In this document: piece by piece, positions 12,021 to 25,400 of the stretch
Numbering within the stretch: position 1 is the first letter of the stretch
How the letters are laid out: each line of letters opens with the position of its first letter
NCBI GenBank assembly: GCA_004431415.1
Contig: QPMI01000003.1
Location: 124,001-188,000, forward strand
Source: Cyanophora paradoxa CCMP329
Taxonomy: Eukaryota > Plantae > Glaucophyta
Direction: 5' to 3'
DNA length: 64,000 nucleotides
Notes under the pieces: model-generated
What the model was told of the DNA's origin: nothing
The model's database searches: none
Seen by the model: only the letters and a program-made list of their open reading frames with translations
Made by a program: the position numbers and the translations under genes

Positions 12021-13913
12021 GACGGCGCTCGCGGCCGACGGATCGGAGCCTGACGGAGGGTTGGAGGCGTCTGTCTAGCGAAGAAGAGTACAACGGTAGC
12101 AGCGGTGTATGATCCCTAGCGAACGTCGCACTTTTCGGCGAAGTTCAGGCCTGGGTTATCGTTGCGTACGTATACGTACGTCTGCTGCGCTGGCAATGCG
12201 GCAGCTAGCTGGCCGATACGGCGTACGCGTGCTCGCTGCGGCAAGCGCTTGGTTGCTGCTCAGCCTGGCAGCGGTCGCGGGCCTCGCGGGGGAGTCGACG
12301 TCGCGGCTGGTTCCCTGCAGCTGCTGAGCGCGCGCGGAGCTGCTAGCGCTCATGCGCATGCAAGTTGCCAACTTGCAAGTACTAGTTTATGCAACTCATC
12401 ATCATGGCATCACTGAATTCGAAGTCAGCAGCAGCTCTCAGAGTCTTCCTACCGGTACATGCACACTACTATACTATCGCGAATACCAATATTACATGTC
12501 AACAGCAGCAGAGATTAACAGATTATGTTTGTATGAGGCGATAATGTTGGGGGGTATCTGCATGCTGTCACATTGCTGTGTGGCATTCGCAGATGATTAG
12601 CGCAGCGAATTAAAACTGCGCAGTCCCAAATTTTTTAATTAATGAACTTTTTTCAAATTAAATTGAACTTTCGGTCTGTTAATTTGGGACTCTGCAAATT
12701 AAGTGAGTGCGGATCCGGGCTCGGCGCGCTTCCGGACCGCCGGTCTGGGTACAAGTTTTTAGATGCAAAAAACCCGAGGCGCTCACTCAGCGTTCAGCAC
12801 TCGAGCTGCGGAGTCCCCAGGGAAAAACCCCCGGATTTTACACGCAATGGTGGCATTTTTATGGTGCCTGTTAAATTGCGTTCATAAGCCTTCATGTCAT
12901 GATTAACATTGCAATTGATTGTCGATATGATCCGCGCGGCGCGCATTGCGCAGCATGCACGATGCCAGCATCTATTTACATATTCGATTTTTATCAAAGA
13001 ACGGAATTTGCGGATGGCATCGACGGCGAATCGACGTTCAAGCTTGCAAATATATATATAGCCTGTATAGGTAATCACGTTGCACGGTAATTTATTTATC
13101 CTTATATAAGATAAAATGGCAGAGGCGAGCGGCGAGCGCTCAGTTCACTTCCCCATCGAACTTCCATGCTTCAATGGCGCTATTCACCTTTCCCAAAAAA
13201 TTGCAGCGGACTTTCGAACTTTATAATTTATCGATATCCGAACGCTCCGAACACTGGTACGTCGAGTGTTGACGTCACTGTCTGTGCAGAGTCGTACCCC
13301 AGCTTAACTAAGGGTACGATGAAGAAGGGAGGGCCGGGTACCGGTAACTGCACATGCATATGCATTACCCTCTTGGGCGCTAGATTTACGTACTGCGGCA
13401 TTCACTGCACTTCGGCACGCGCAATCACCGTATCTCTATTTCGATGATTGAAACGCAACTAAAGCTACCAAGATGCAAGCATACTTGCACGTTTGCGAGC
13501 TCCAGAATAACAAAAACAAATTAAAGCAACGTCTCTTGAAATCTCTGCCACCACACTGAGACGGAACAGGATCACGATCACACACGATTCGTGACACGAA
13601 GCGATTTGGAATTGCAATTGAATAAAGAAACTCGACCTAAGAAATCTAGGGGTAGCGAGGGCCGGGCGGAGTGGCGAGGGGACCGCCGCGAGCAGCGCGC
13701 CGGGTGCTACAAGCGCGCCAGCGCCGCGTTGAGAAGGCCGCCCAACGCGGGTGCCGCGAAGCTGCTGGCGCGCGAGCCTTCCCGGGTCTGCCCCTTGCGG
13801 AGGAGCCCCCGCCCCGCCGCCCTGCCCTGCCCTACCATCTGCTCTACTGAAAGCACGCCCCGTCCCGTCTACCTACACGCGTTCTCCTGCTTTAAAAAGA
13901 GAGGCGGGGCCCA

Positions 13914-16527
13914 CTACCGGGCGACCGCCTGCGCCAGGGCGTACGCGCCGGCGTGCGAGATGGTCACGATGACCTGCGTGCGGCGGCCGGCGTGAGCGCC
14001 CGAGGCGCAAGTGCGAGCAAGGCGGGGCGGCGGGACCTCGGAGACGGCGACGGCCTTGGCGACCTCGGCGGGGTGGGCGCGGAGCTTGACGATGGGCGCG
14101 CCAGAGCTGCTGTGCGCGATCTCGATGTTCTTGAGGGGCGCCCCCGAGCCCTTCCACAGGTTCTGGCTGTCCGGCGCGCTGCTCGAGAGCGCCTTGACGA
14201 CGGCCTCCTTGGCGGCCCAGCGCCCGGCGAAGCGGGCCTGCCGCTCGCCGTCCGTCGGGGCGCTCTGGCAGTACGCGACCTCGTCGTCCGTGAAGTTGCG
14301 CGAGATGAAGTCCTCTGCACCCCCGGGGGCCCCGTCAGGCGCGGGCGGGGCGGGGCGGGGCGGGGCGGGGCACCGTTGGCGAGGTCGAAGGTGGAGATGG
14401 GCTCGATGTCGACGCCGATCCCCTTGTCGTGCGGGCCCCGCAGGCCCCACGCCACCTCCCGCATCGTCACCTCCAGCTTCCGCGCCGCCGGCACCTGCAC
14501 CGCCCCCCCTCCCTCAGGCCCGGCCCGGCGCGGCGCCCGCGCCCCGGCGCGCTCGCGACGCGGGCGGACCTGGACGGCCTGGCCGAAGCGGCCCGAGGCC
14601 GAGCGCTTCATGCCGGGGCCGGCCGCCGCCGCGGCGGCGTCGGCCGGCGTCGGGTGCGGCACGGGCACCGCCGACGTCGGCTCCTCGGGGGCCTCCAAAG
14701 GCGGCACGAAGTACCAGCTGCCGCCGCCCCGCCGGTCAGCCGGGCGCGGCGGCGCCGCGCGGGGGCGGGGCGGGGGCGGGGGCGGGGGCGGGAGCGGGGG
14801 GACCTGCGGCGCTTGGGGTCGTACTGGGCGCGGGCGGTGGGGTCGAGGTAGACGCGCTGGGAGTCCTTGGCGCTGTACGGCGCCTCGGTCTTGACCTGGA
14901 TGAAGCTGTGCTTGCCGCAGAGCACGTCCTGCATGTAGCGGTACGCCCGCCGCTCGCGCTCCGCCCGCTTGCGCGCGTAGGCGCCGAACTCCTCGCGCGA
15001 GACGGTCGCGAAGAGGAAGTCGGGGTGGACGAGGAGGATCTCGCCGCCCGCCTGCCCGAACCCGAACGACTTGAGGAGGCCGGCGTTGATGACGGGGAAC
15101 TGCTGCGCGCGGTTGATGTACGCCACGTTGGTGAACTTGCGCAGCTCGACCGCCACGTTGTCCGCGTTGCGGTTGCCCGGGACGACGCCGGCGGCCATCG
15201 ACTGGAGGACGCCGTTGAGCATCCACGCGGCGGCGGCGCCCTTGGGGTGGCCCGTGAGGTACTTCTGGCAGATGGCGGGGACGGGGTTGCCGCGGGAGCG
15301 CCCGATGTGCTCGAGCTGCCTGTTGAGGACCTCCGACTCGTTCTTGTCGTTCGCCTTGGTCGAGGTGCCGTGGAACGAGGCGACGCCGATGTCGTCGGGG
15401 GTGAGCCCGAAGACGGCGAGCGCGCCCCGCAGCGGCGCGATCGAGGCGTCGCCGCGCCAGAAGTCGTTGCCCCAGACGCGCTGCGCGGCCTTCTCCTGCC
15501 GGCGGGCCTCGCGCATGACGAACTCGGCGCGGTCGGCGAGGAAGGCGTCGGCGACGTCGCCCCCCTCCGACTCGAGCAGCCGCTCCGCCTCGGCGCGGAT
15601 CGCCTGCAGCTCGCTCTCCTTCCACTGCCGCGCGTGCTCCCGCGCCCGCTCCAGCTGCCGCCGCCGGTACGCCATGTCCAGCGCGGGGCTGGGGAGGCCG
15701 CCCTTGCGCTCGCGGGCGGTGGTGAGGATGCCCTGGCCCGGGGCGGGGACGGAGCGGCCCTCCTTGTCGGTGGCGGTGTTGGTGAGGGCGACGACGCCGT
15801 GGACGGGGACGCCCATGCGGAGGGCGAGGTCGGCGGCCATGAGGACCTGGATGCCGGCGCCCTGCGACTCCATGAAGCCGGCGCGGGTCGTCGACGTCGG
15901 GCGGGACATCTCGCTCGGCTCGCGCCCGCGCGCCACCTCCTCGCTCGAGTTGCTCGTCGCCTTCATCTGCGCGAACTCGTAGCTCCCCTCCTCGCCAAAG
16001 TCTGCACGCGAGGCGGGGTCAGACGGCGCGGACGGGACGGGACCGGACAGTCCGAGGGCACCGTCGTAGCCGCCGACGAGGACGATCTTGGCCTTGCCCG
16101 AGAGGATGGTCTCCACGCCGATGTCCACCGACTCGGCCGCCGTGGCGCACGCGCCGACGGGCGTCTTGATCGGGCCCGAGGCGGAGAGGAGCAGCATGTT
16201 GACCCACGCCGGCATCGTGTTGATGAAGACCTGCGCGCGCGCGCGCCGCGGTCAGGCGGCCGCCGACCGGACAGACGGACTCGTTCGTCCCGCGAGCCCC
16301 TCACACACCTCCTGGAGGGCGTCGCCCTGGACGGGCTTCTCGAGGAAGCGCTCGCGGTAGATCTGGCGCATGGAGCGCATGCCGCCCATGCCGCCGCCCG
16401 ACGTGTTGCCGACCTCGGAGACGTGCACGTACTCGTAGAACTCGTACGCGTCCGTGATGCCGCTGTTCACCAGCGCCTCCACCGTCGACACCAGCACGTA
16501 CAGCGTGATCGGGTCCACCTGCGGGGG

Positions 16528-16559
<32 letters not shown>

Positions 16560-19417
16560 AGCGGCGCGTCAAGAGGCGGGCGGGCGGGCGGGGGATCTCG
16601 AGGGGGGGCGAGGGGGGCGGGGGCGGGGGCGGGACCTGGTTGATGATGTCGGCGGGGACGCCGAAGGTGGCGGGGTTCCACCCCGTGGGGATCTGGCCCG
16701 CCACGAAGCGGTCGAAGCGCAGGGCCTTCGGGATGAAGAGCACCGCGCCCTTGCGCAGCTGCACCTTCCACTGCCCGTCCACCTGCGCCCCGCGTCAGAT
16801 GCGGGGCCGGATGGGAGCGCGGGCGGGGCGGGGGCGAGCCTGGTAGACGTCGGCCTTGTCGCCGTGCTCGCGCTTGAAGTTCTCGGCCTCCTCCTTCGAG
16901 CCGACGTCCACGGGGAGCATGTCCCGGTCGATGGCCACCTGCGCGAGCGAGGGCGCGCGGGGGCGGGTCAGCGCGGGGCGGGGCGGGGCGGGGGCGGGCG
17001 AAGGGGGGGGCGGGCCTGGTGGAGGAACATCTTGCGGTGCGGGTCGTAGCCGTCGAAGAGGGCCGGCTCGATGACGCGGATGCCGGTGTGGCCGAGGATC
17101 GCCTCCTCGTAGCGGGCCTTGACCTCGTGGTCGGGCACCGGCGCCTGCGTCGCCGCGTCCACCCAGCCGGCGTAGACCTTGCCGTCCTTGAGGCGCCCGT
17201 TGAAGTACTTGATGAGGCCCATGAGCCAGGCGAGCTCAAGGCAGCCCTCGATCGAGAACTCGCCGTCGCGCTCCATCTCCCAGCGCGTCCGGCTGTTGCC
17301 CCACGGGCCCACCTCGCCGAAGCCCGTGCAGACGACGATCTTCTCGAGGTCGACCATGCCCTCGAGCTGCGCGCGCAGCGGGCCGAGGCGCGACTCGCCC
17401 GGCAGCTGCGGGAACTGGAAGTCGAAGTTGGCGCGGCGGGGCACGGGCCGCTTGGGGCGGGCGGCCTGCTGGCCCTCCGCCTCCGAGTCGCGCTCGCGGT
17501 CGGCGGCGACGGCCTTCTTGACGGCGGCGTCCTCCATGATGCCCTCGCGCAGCTGCGCGGTGAACTTGTTGAGGTCGTCGATGAGGTTGAAGCCGCCGCC
17601 GAGGTCCGCCCAGATCGGGTCCTTCTGCGCCGCGCACCGCACGTCGGGGTGCATCAGGCCCAGCAGGTTGAACGCCATCTCCGCCGGGCTGAACGTCCGC
17701 GCGCCGGCGCGCTCGAAGCCCGGCGACACGAGGTTGTTGGCGTTCATGAGGCCCGTGCCGCGGGTCCAGCCGATGACGGCGCCGGCGAGGGAGAGGTAGT
17801 GGTTCCAGCCCTCCGAGTGCCACTTGTTGAGGAGCGCCTCGAGGCCGATCTTGGACTCGGAGTAGAGGCCGTCGAAGCCGAAGAGGCCGTGGTTCGGCGA
17901 GAGCGGGAGGACGACGTGCGCGGGGCGGGTGTCGATGCCGCGCGCCTCCTTGCAGGTCTTGATGGCGCCCAGCATGCGGAGGACGTTGGTGAGCATGGCG
18001 CGGTGCGCCAGCTCCGAGCTCCCGTCGATGCCGGCGATGTCGCGGCCCTGCTCGGGGATCGCCGCGAACGGGATCACGTAGTCGAGGTCCATGCCGAGGC
18101 CGGCCTTGTCGTCGTAGACGTACTCGACGAGGGCGTTGGTGTCCTTGACGCTGGCGGCGTTGAAGGGCACGACGACGAGCTCGGCCCCCTTGGCGCCGTG
18201 CTGCTCGAAGACGCCCCGGTAGAAGTCCGTGGCGGCCTTGGAGAAGCGCGAGGTGGTGGCGACGACGCGGGCGCCGCCGGCCAGGAGGCCCTTGACGCAC
18301 TCGATGCCGATGGAGCCCTTGCCGCAGCCCGTCACGAGGACGACCTTGCCGGCGAAGGAGACGCCCGAGGCGGCCATCTTCGCGAGCGTGTCGAGGAAGG
18401 CGTCCGTGGCGGCGCCGTCGAAGTGGCGCTCCTGGCCCGGCTTGCCCTTCTTGATGAAGAGGAAGGGGGCGCTCTTGGCGGGGCCCGAGCCGAGCGTCTT
18501 GCGGATCGCGTCGAGCTGCGCCTGGATGGCGCCCACGAGCCCGGCGTCGGCCTTGGGGCTCGCGGAGAGGGCCCGCTCGAGGCCGACGAGGGTCTGGCGC
18601 AGGGCGGCGCGCTCGGGGCCCTCGAGCTTGGTCGGGTCGATGCTCGAGCCGCGGCGCATCTCGGCGACGTACGCGGCGAAGTCGGCGACGCCGGCGCGGG
18701 GCACCTCCTTGTAGGCGACGGTGCCCGTCGGGGTGACGTCCACCGAGGGCGCCGTCGGCGTGGAGAGCTCCTTGTAGAGCGGCGCCGCGTTCATCGCGCC
18801 GCGGATCTCGAGCGAGAGCTGCGCGAAGAAGGCGCGCGTCTCCTCGGCGCGCTTCTCCGCCGCCTCCTTGAAGAGGCCGCGGGCCTGCGCCAGCGACGCC
18901 GCCGCGCGGGCCGCCGCCTTGGCCGAGCCGTAGAACTCGGTGACCTGCCCGGCGCGCCGCCTCTCAGCGGGGCGCCCGCCGGCAAATGGGGGGCGGGGCG
19001 GGGCGCGGGGGCGGACCTCGAGGAGCTCGGGGCAGGCGCGGTTGACGATGCGGAAGACCTTGTCCTTGGGGACGGCGGCCGGGGAGGCGAGCTTGCCGAG
19101 GAGCAGCTCGTTGTAGAGCTGGAGGGCGTCCTGGCGGGCCCAGTTCCAGCTGCTGTCGTAGCGACGCTCCTTGGTCGAGTCGAAGACGGGCTTGATGCCC
19201 TCGCCGTAGGCCTTGCCGTGCTCGCCGGTCCACAGGTCCAGCTCCGCCTCGAGCTCCTTGCGGAGGGCCGTCGCCATCTCGGCGGCGCGCTCCTGGGCGC
19301 GCGGGTCCTCCCCGAGGAAGTCGAAGTAGGCCTTGACCTGGTCCCGGATGAGCCGCTCCTGCTGCTTCTTCACCTCCGCCAGCGCCTTGGAGTCGACCAC
19401 CGCGACGGCGCCGCCCG

Positions 19418-19450
<33 letters not shown>

Positions 19451-22400
19451 GGGGCACGGTGACGCCGACCTTGGCGCCGTAGGCGTCGGCGGCGGCGTCG
19501 AGGAAGGCGTTGGCGGCGGCCTCGGTCTCGAGGCGCGCCGGGGGCTCCATGGTGAGGGCGTGGATGAGGACGCCGTCGACGCGGCCCTCGCCGAGGAGGC
19601 GCTCGCCCTGGAGGTAGGCCTTGGCCTGCGCCATCGAGTAGCCGCCGGGGAACTTGGAGGAGAGGAGCTTGGAGATGAGGGCGGCCGAGAGCTTGCCCGG
19701 CTTGGCGTACGAGGCGCCCATCGCCTGCGCCAGCTCCCGCACGGGGCGCTCGGCCGCGTTCTCCGGCCCGTTGCCGAACTCCTTCTCGAGGTCGCCGAGG
19801 ATCTCGTTCTGGACGGCCGACTTGCCGCCCACGAGGTCCTTGATCGTCTTGTCCTCCTTCACCTCCGCCAGCGGCTTCTTCAGCTTCAGCGCGAGGAGCA
19901 CCTGCAGCGTCTCGAACGACGAGAGCGGCGCGTCCGGGATCGGCGCGCCGCCGCCGCCGCCCGAGGGCTTGGGCGCCGGGGCCGCCGGGGGCGGCGCCGC
20001 AGCGGCGGGGGCCGGGGCCGGGGCGGCGGCGGGGGCCGGGGCCGGGGCGGCGGGCTTGGCGGGGGCCGGGGCGGCGGCGGGGGCGGGCTTGGCGGCCGGG
20101 GCGGCGGCGGCGCGGTCCGAGTCGGAGAAGGAGAAGTAGAGGGCCTGCTGGTCGCGGTTGTAGTGGAGGAGCTCGACCTTGCCCTTGTACTTGCCGCCGG
20201 CGAGCGTCTGGCGGGCCATGTTGACGAGCGTTGCCGCGGGGCCGAGCTCGACGAGGCGCTCGACGCCCTGCCGGAAGAAGACGTCCTGCGTCTCGATCCA
20301 CCTCACGGGCGACGCGAACTGGTACGAGAGCAGCTCGACGAGCAGCTTGTGCGCCAGCACGTTGTGCTTCTTGGAGATCGTGCCCCAGTTGGCGAGGACG
20401 TCCTTGATGATCGGCGAGTCGGTCTGCTTGTCGATCTCCTCGAAGTAGGAGCGCTCCAGGCTGAAGGGCTTGGCCGTCAGGTTCGGGATGTAGCGCCCGA
20501 CCAGCATCGTCGGGTCGATCTTGTCAGGCTGCCCCGCGGCGTCAGCGGCGCCGCAGGCCAGAGCTGCGAGGCGGGAGGGAAGAAGGCGGGGCGGGACGGG
20601 CGCGGACCGAGAAGTTGGCCTCGAGGAGCTCGCGGAAGACGGGGACGCCGGAGAGGAGCAGCTTGGAGTGGAAGGGCACGTCGATGCCCGGGAGCGGGAT
20701 GGTCGCCACGCCGCGCTCCAGCTTGATGAAGCCGCCCGGCGCCTGCGCCTTCAGCTCCGCCACCTGCGCGCGCGCGGGGCGGGGTGAGCCGGGCGGGGCC
20801 AGGGAGGGCGGGCGGGGGAAAGAAAGCGGGCTCGCCTCCTGGATGGCCTTGCCAACGACGGCGTCGATCTCCTTGACGCAGTGCGGGTCCTGGCGGACCT
20901 TGCCGAGCACGCGCGAGAGGACCTCGAGGTTGCCGATCTCGCCGGCGACGACGTACTGCGTGTTCTCGATGTTGTAGTTGACGACCTGGATGAGGCGGCC
21001 CGACTGCTCCGAGATGATGTCGACGAGCTTGGAGAGGGCGCGCTCGTTGGCGGCGGGGCCGACGCGGCGCGGGTTGACGGCGACCATGGCGTACGAGGAG
21101 CGGCCGAGGTCGTCGCGGGCGACGGCGCGCTGCATGGTCATGCCGCGGAGGAAGACGATCTCCACCAGCGACTCGATGGTGAGCACGTTGCCGACGGCCG
21201 CCAGCCCCGCGTACTCGCCCAGCGAGTGCCCCGCGAAGATGGCGTCCTCAGGGATCAGGCCCCGCTGCTTCATGTCGTCGTAGCACGCCTGCGGGCCGGG
21301 CCGCGCGGGGCGCGTCAGCGCACGATCCGCGGCGGTCTGGACTCGGCGGGCGGTGGGGCGGGCGAGGGCGCAGGGCGCAGGGCACCTTCTCCATGAGGGT
21401 GATGGCGGGCTGGGTGAACTGCGTGGCGAAGAGGAGGCCCTCCGGGGCGCGGAAGGTGTACGACTCGGTGGAGCCGGTGATGTCCGGGAAGAGCGGCACC
21501 GAGTGGCGCTTGACGACGCCATTCTCCTCCGTCACGTGCTCGCTCTTGAGCGCCATGTAGTGGTTGCGCACCGCGTTGCCGTGCGGGCCCCCGAAGTGGA
21601 TGGTCCGCTCCTTGGGGTTGTTGCGCACGATGTCGAGGATGGAGAAGCCGAAGCGGGTGTGGAGGTGCGCCTCGGCGCGGTCCCACACGGCCTTGGCGAC
21701 GGCCGAGGAGGAGTAGAGGTCCATGCCCATGCCGACCTCGGCCGAGCCCTGGCCCGTGAAGACGTACGAGGTCTTCGGCTGCTCCACCTCCGCCGACGCC
21801 TTGAGGACGGTCGCGCCGGCCTCGTTGGTGATGACCACCTCGACGATCATGCGGCCCGAGCGCATGCCGACGTGGCGGAGCTCGGTGGTCAGGACGTCGC
21901 GGGGCTTGACCATGCCGAGGAAGGTGGCGAGGTACGAGACGACGCGCGCGCCGTGCGTCTTGGCGGCGTACGTCTCCACGACGCGGCGCCCGTTGGCCGA
22001 GGTCCACATGCCGTGCGTGATGGTCGCCGGCAGATTCGCCAGGTCCGCGATGTACGGGTTCACGTGGATCGGGTTGAAGTCGCGCGACGCCGCCGCGTAC
22101 CTGCCCCCGGCGCGCCGCGCGCGTCAACGGCGCCGATCGAGAACGGGGGGCCGAGGAGTGGGGGAGGGGGGAGATGGGGGGGGCGCCGAATCAGCGAAGC
22201 AGAATAGGTAATCTTCAAAGGTTCGCTCAGAAGCAGAACTGGATAATATGGTTTGTCATCCTCTAGGCGCCCCCGCCGTCCCCGACACGACCCGTCCGAG
22301 CGGGGCCCGGGGAGAAGACGCACCCGGTGTTCTCGGCGGGGGCGACGACCTTGTCGACCTCGGCGAGCATCGAGTAGCCGCCGTCCTCGAAGAGCACGGC

Positions 22401-25400
22401 CGGCTCCTCGGGGGCGCCGTGGCGGGCGAGGAAGGCGGCGACGGCGTTGCCGGTGACGTCCTTGGCCGAGTAGTCGACGGTGCCGACCTTGAGCGAGTTG
22501 CGCGTGATGGTGCCCGTCGTCGTCGTGCTCGAGAGGAGCTTGTCCGTGCGGAAACGGTCGCTCGTGTGGACCTGGAAGAGGAGGTTGTCGCCGACCTTGA
22601 TCTCGGTGCCGGCCTCCCACTTGAAGTACTTCTTGTCCTTGAGGACGCCGAGGACCTTGGAGTCCTTGACGGCGACGCGGCGCGAGTCGTCCACGCGGCG
22701 GAACGTGCGCTCGAAGTCGTCGAACTTGCCGCGGATGAGGAACTGGCTGGTGAGCTCCACGAACGGCACGTTGTCGCGCGAGAGCACGCCTCGGACGGTG
22801 ATGAGCTTGCCGTTGACCTCCGTCGAGTTGATCACCTCGGTGATGTTCATCGCCGACGAGATCTTGTCGCCCTCGGTGATCGGGCGCCGGTCGAGCAGCT
22901 TGAACTTGTTCGACAGGTGCACCAGCTTCAGGATGTCGCCGTCAATGTCGTTCTGCGCGACCCGCGTGAGCCGGAGCGCGGAGAGGACGGGGGAGGCGGC
23001 GGGGGGCGGGGGGCGGCGGACCGGGAAGATGGACTTGATGAGCGAGTCCCAGCCGGCGACGATGGCGAAGTCGAGGGGGCTGGGGAGCTTCTCCTGGGCG
23101 CGGTCCATGTAGTTCTCGGAGAAGTTGAGGATGGCCTTGCAGAAGGCCGTGACGTCGTGGCGGGCGACGGTGAACTCGGAGCGGAACGTGTCGTCGATCT
23201 TGAGCGAGCCGAGGGAGATGCCCTGCGGGAACCACAGCTTCGCGTAGAACTCCTTCACGCGCCGGTTGCGGCCCTCCATCACCTGCGCCCCGGCAGCAAC
23301 CGCGTCAGCGACCGTCTAAATCATAGTTTCCGTGCTGCGGGCGGGCGGGGGGGCGGACCTCGTGGATCGGGGCGTAGCCCTGGGCGGGCTTGTAGACGAA
23401 CTCGAGGGGCAGGGAGACGGTGACGTCGCCCTTGTCGGTGGCGCGGACGTCGTGGATGGTGACGGCGATGCGCTGGCCGGCGTTGAGCTTGGCCTCCACC
23501 GCGCAGTGGTACTTGTCCACGCCGTTGCGGTGCGTGCAGTGCAGCGCGCGCAGCGCCGTCGGCTTGCCGTCCTTGCCGCGCGACAGCTCGACCTTCTGCT
23601 GCGGGCGGGGCCGGAAGAGGCGGCTGACGGGGTTCGGCGTCTTCTTCTTGTCCTGGACGACGCGGGGGGTGCGGAGGAGGGCGCGGAGCCAGTTGTAGCT
23701 GGGGCCGGCGAGCCACTCGAGCCAGGCGTGCTCCTCGGGGAGCGCGGCGGCGTCGGCGGGGAGCTCGGCGGTGACGAGCTCGGGCGTCTCGGTGACCTTG
23801 ACCGAGGCGATCGCCTCCGGGGCGACCGGCACGATCGGCGGGCCCCCGAGGTACTCCACCGTCGGGATCGCCGCCTCCGAGGCGTAGAGGCCGCGGGCCT
23901 TCTCGATGAAGTACTTGTTGATCCCGCCCATGACCTCGCCGGCCGGCTCGTTCGCCTTCTTGGTGTGGCGGACGGCGACGGGCCCGTTGAGGATGCAGGT
24001 GCGGTCGACGTCGCGGTCAGGGACGGCCTCGAGCTCCTCGCAGTAGAAGAGCGAGTCCTTCTTGAACCAGATCTTGAGGTCCTTGTCGACGACGGGGATG
24101 TAGTTGACGGGCTTGCCCGGGCGCATGCTCAGCTGCATGAAGAAGTCGACGTCCTCGCTCGAGATGAGCAGCTCGCCGGCCTTGGGGAACTTGGCGAGGA
24201 ACTCGGCGACGACGCGGTCCGGGTTCACCTCGATGTCCTCGGGGCCGGCGAACTGGGAGGTCGCCTTGGCGCCGCTGAAGCGCTCCTCGATGCGCAGCAG
24301 GAAGTCGTACACGCGGTCCCGGAACGTCCTGCGTGCGGGGCGCCCGCGCCGTCAGCGGGGGCGCATCCGAGGCGGCGGCGGCGCGGGGGCGGCGGGGCGT
24401 ACACGTCGATCCAGCGGTCCTTGACCTCCGAGTTGCGGATGTACATGAGCTCGGTCATGCGGAGGGCGACCTCGGCGTAGGTCATGTCGGCGAGGTCGCA
24501 GACGGTGCCGTCGGCCTTCTTCCCGAAGAAGACCTTCTGGAAGTCGGCATTGAGGCGCGAGATGATGTAGTCCTTGTTCTCCGCGATCGCCTTCTCCGCG
24601 ACGGCCGGCGGCTGCGCGAAGAACTTGTTGTCGAACTCGCGCCACAGGAGCACGCCGCGGGTGGCGAGCTTGTGGATCGGCTCCCCGAGCTCGGAGAGGA
24701 CGGTCACGATGCCGCCGGCGACGCCGTCGTACGACGTCTCCCAGTCCGCCTGGTTCTCGATGCCGGGGCAGGCGGCGATGAGCTCCTTGGTCTTGTTCGG
24801 CTTGACCATCTCCTTGGCCGCGCAGAGGCGCGAGGCGAGGAGGACGCCGTCGAACGGCATCTTCGCGTAGCCGAAGGCCAGCGACCACTCGCCCGAAATC
24901 CAGGGCCACGAGCTGCCACGGAAACGATGAGCCTCGGGGGAAAGGGCGCGCGGCGGCCGAGGGAGGGAGGGGGAGGGGGCGGGGCGGCTCACCCCTCGCC
25001 GTCGCCGAAGCCGGAGCCGGCGACGAGGACGACGTTCGGGGCGCTGCGCATGAGCGCGTACGTCTCGAGCACGGGCTGGTACACGTCCTCGAACGAGTGG
25101 TGCCCGCCGGCGCGCCCGCCCGTCCACTGCAGCATGATCGTCGCCTGCGGGTTCGCCTTGGCGATCTCGATCACCGAGCTGCGCGGGGGGCGGGGCGGTC
25201 GGTCAGGCGGCGCCGCGCAGGGCGTCCGGGGCGGGGCGGGCCGCACCGGATGGCGCCGACCGCGCCGGGCTTGAAGGCGACGTGCGCGATGCCGGCCTCG
25301 CCAAGCTTGGTGATCACCTCCGTCGCTGCGGCGCGCGGCGCGGCGTGGGCCGGCGGCCGGGGGATGCGGGGGGTGGAGGGGGCGGGGGGGGCACCCTTCT

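Noticed and set aside
12622-12691. 11-bp inverted repeat AGTCCCAAATT/AATTTGGGACT around an AT-rich core (possible MITE relic)
   Set aside because: Too short, no TSD seen, single occurrence in the window.
14011-25274. Very long + strand ORFs (e.g. 14011..17049, 17019..20726, 23332..24480)
   Set aside because: Antisense shadows of GC3-rich FAS codons; no recognisable motifs.
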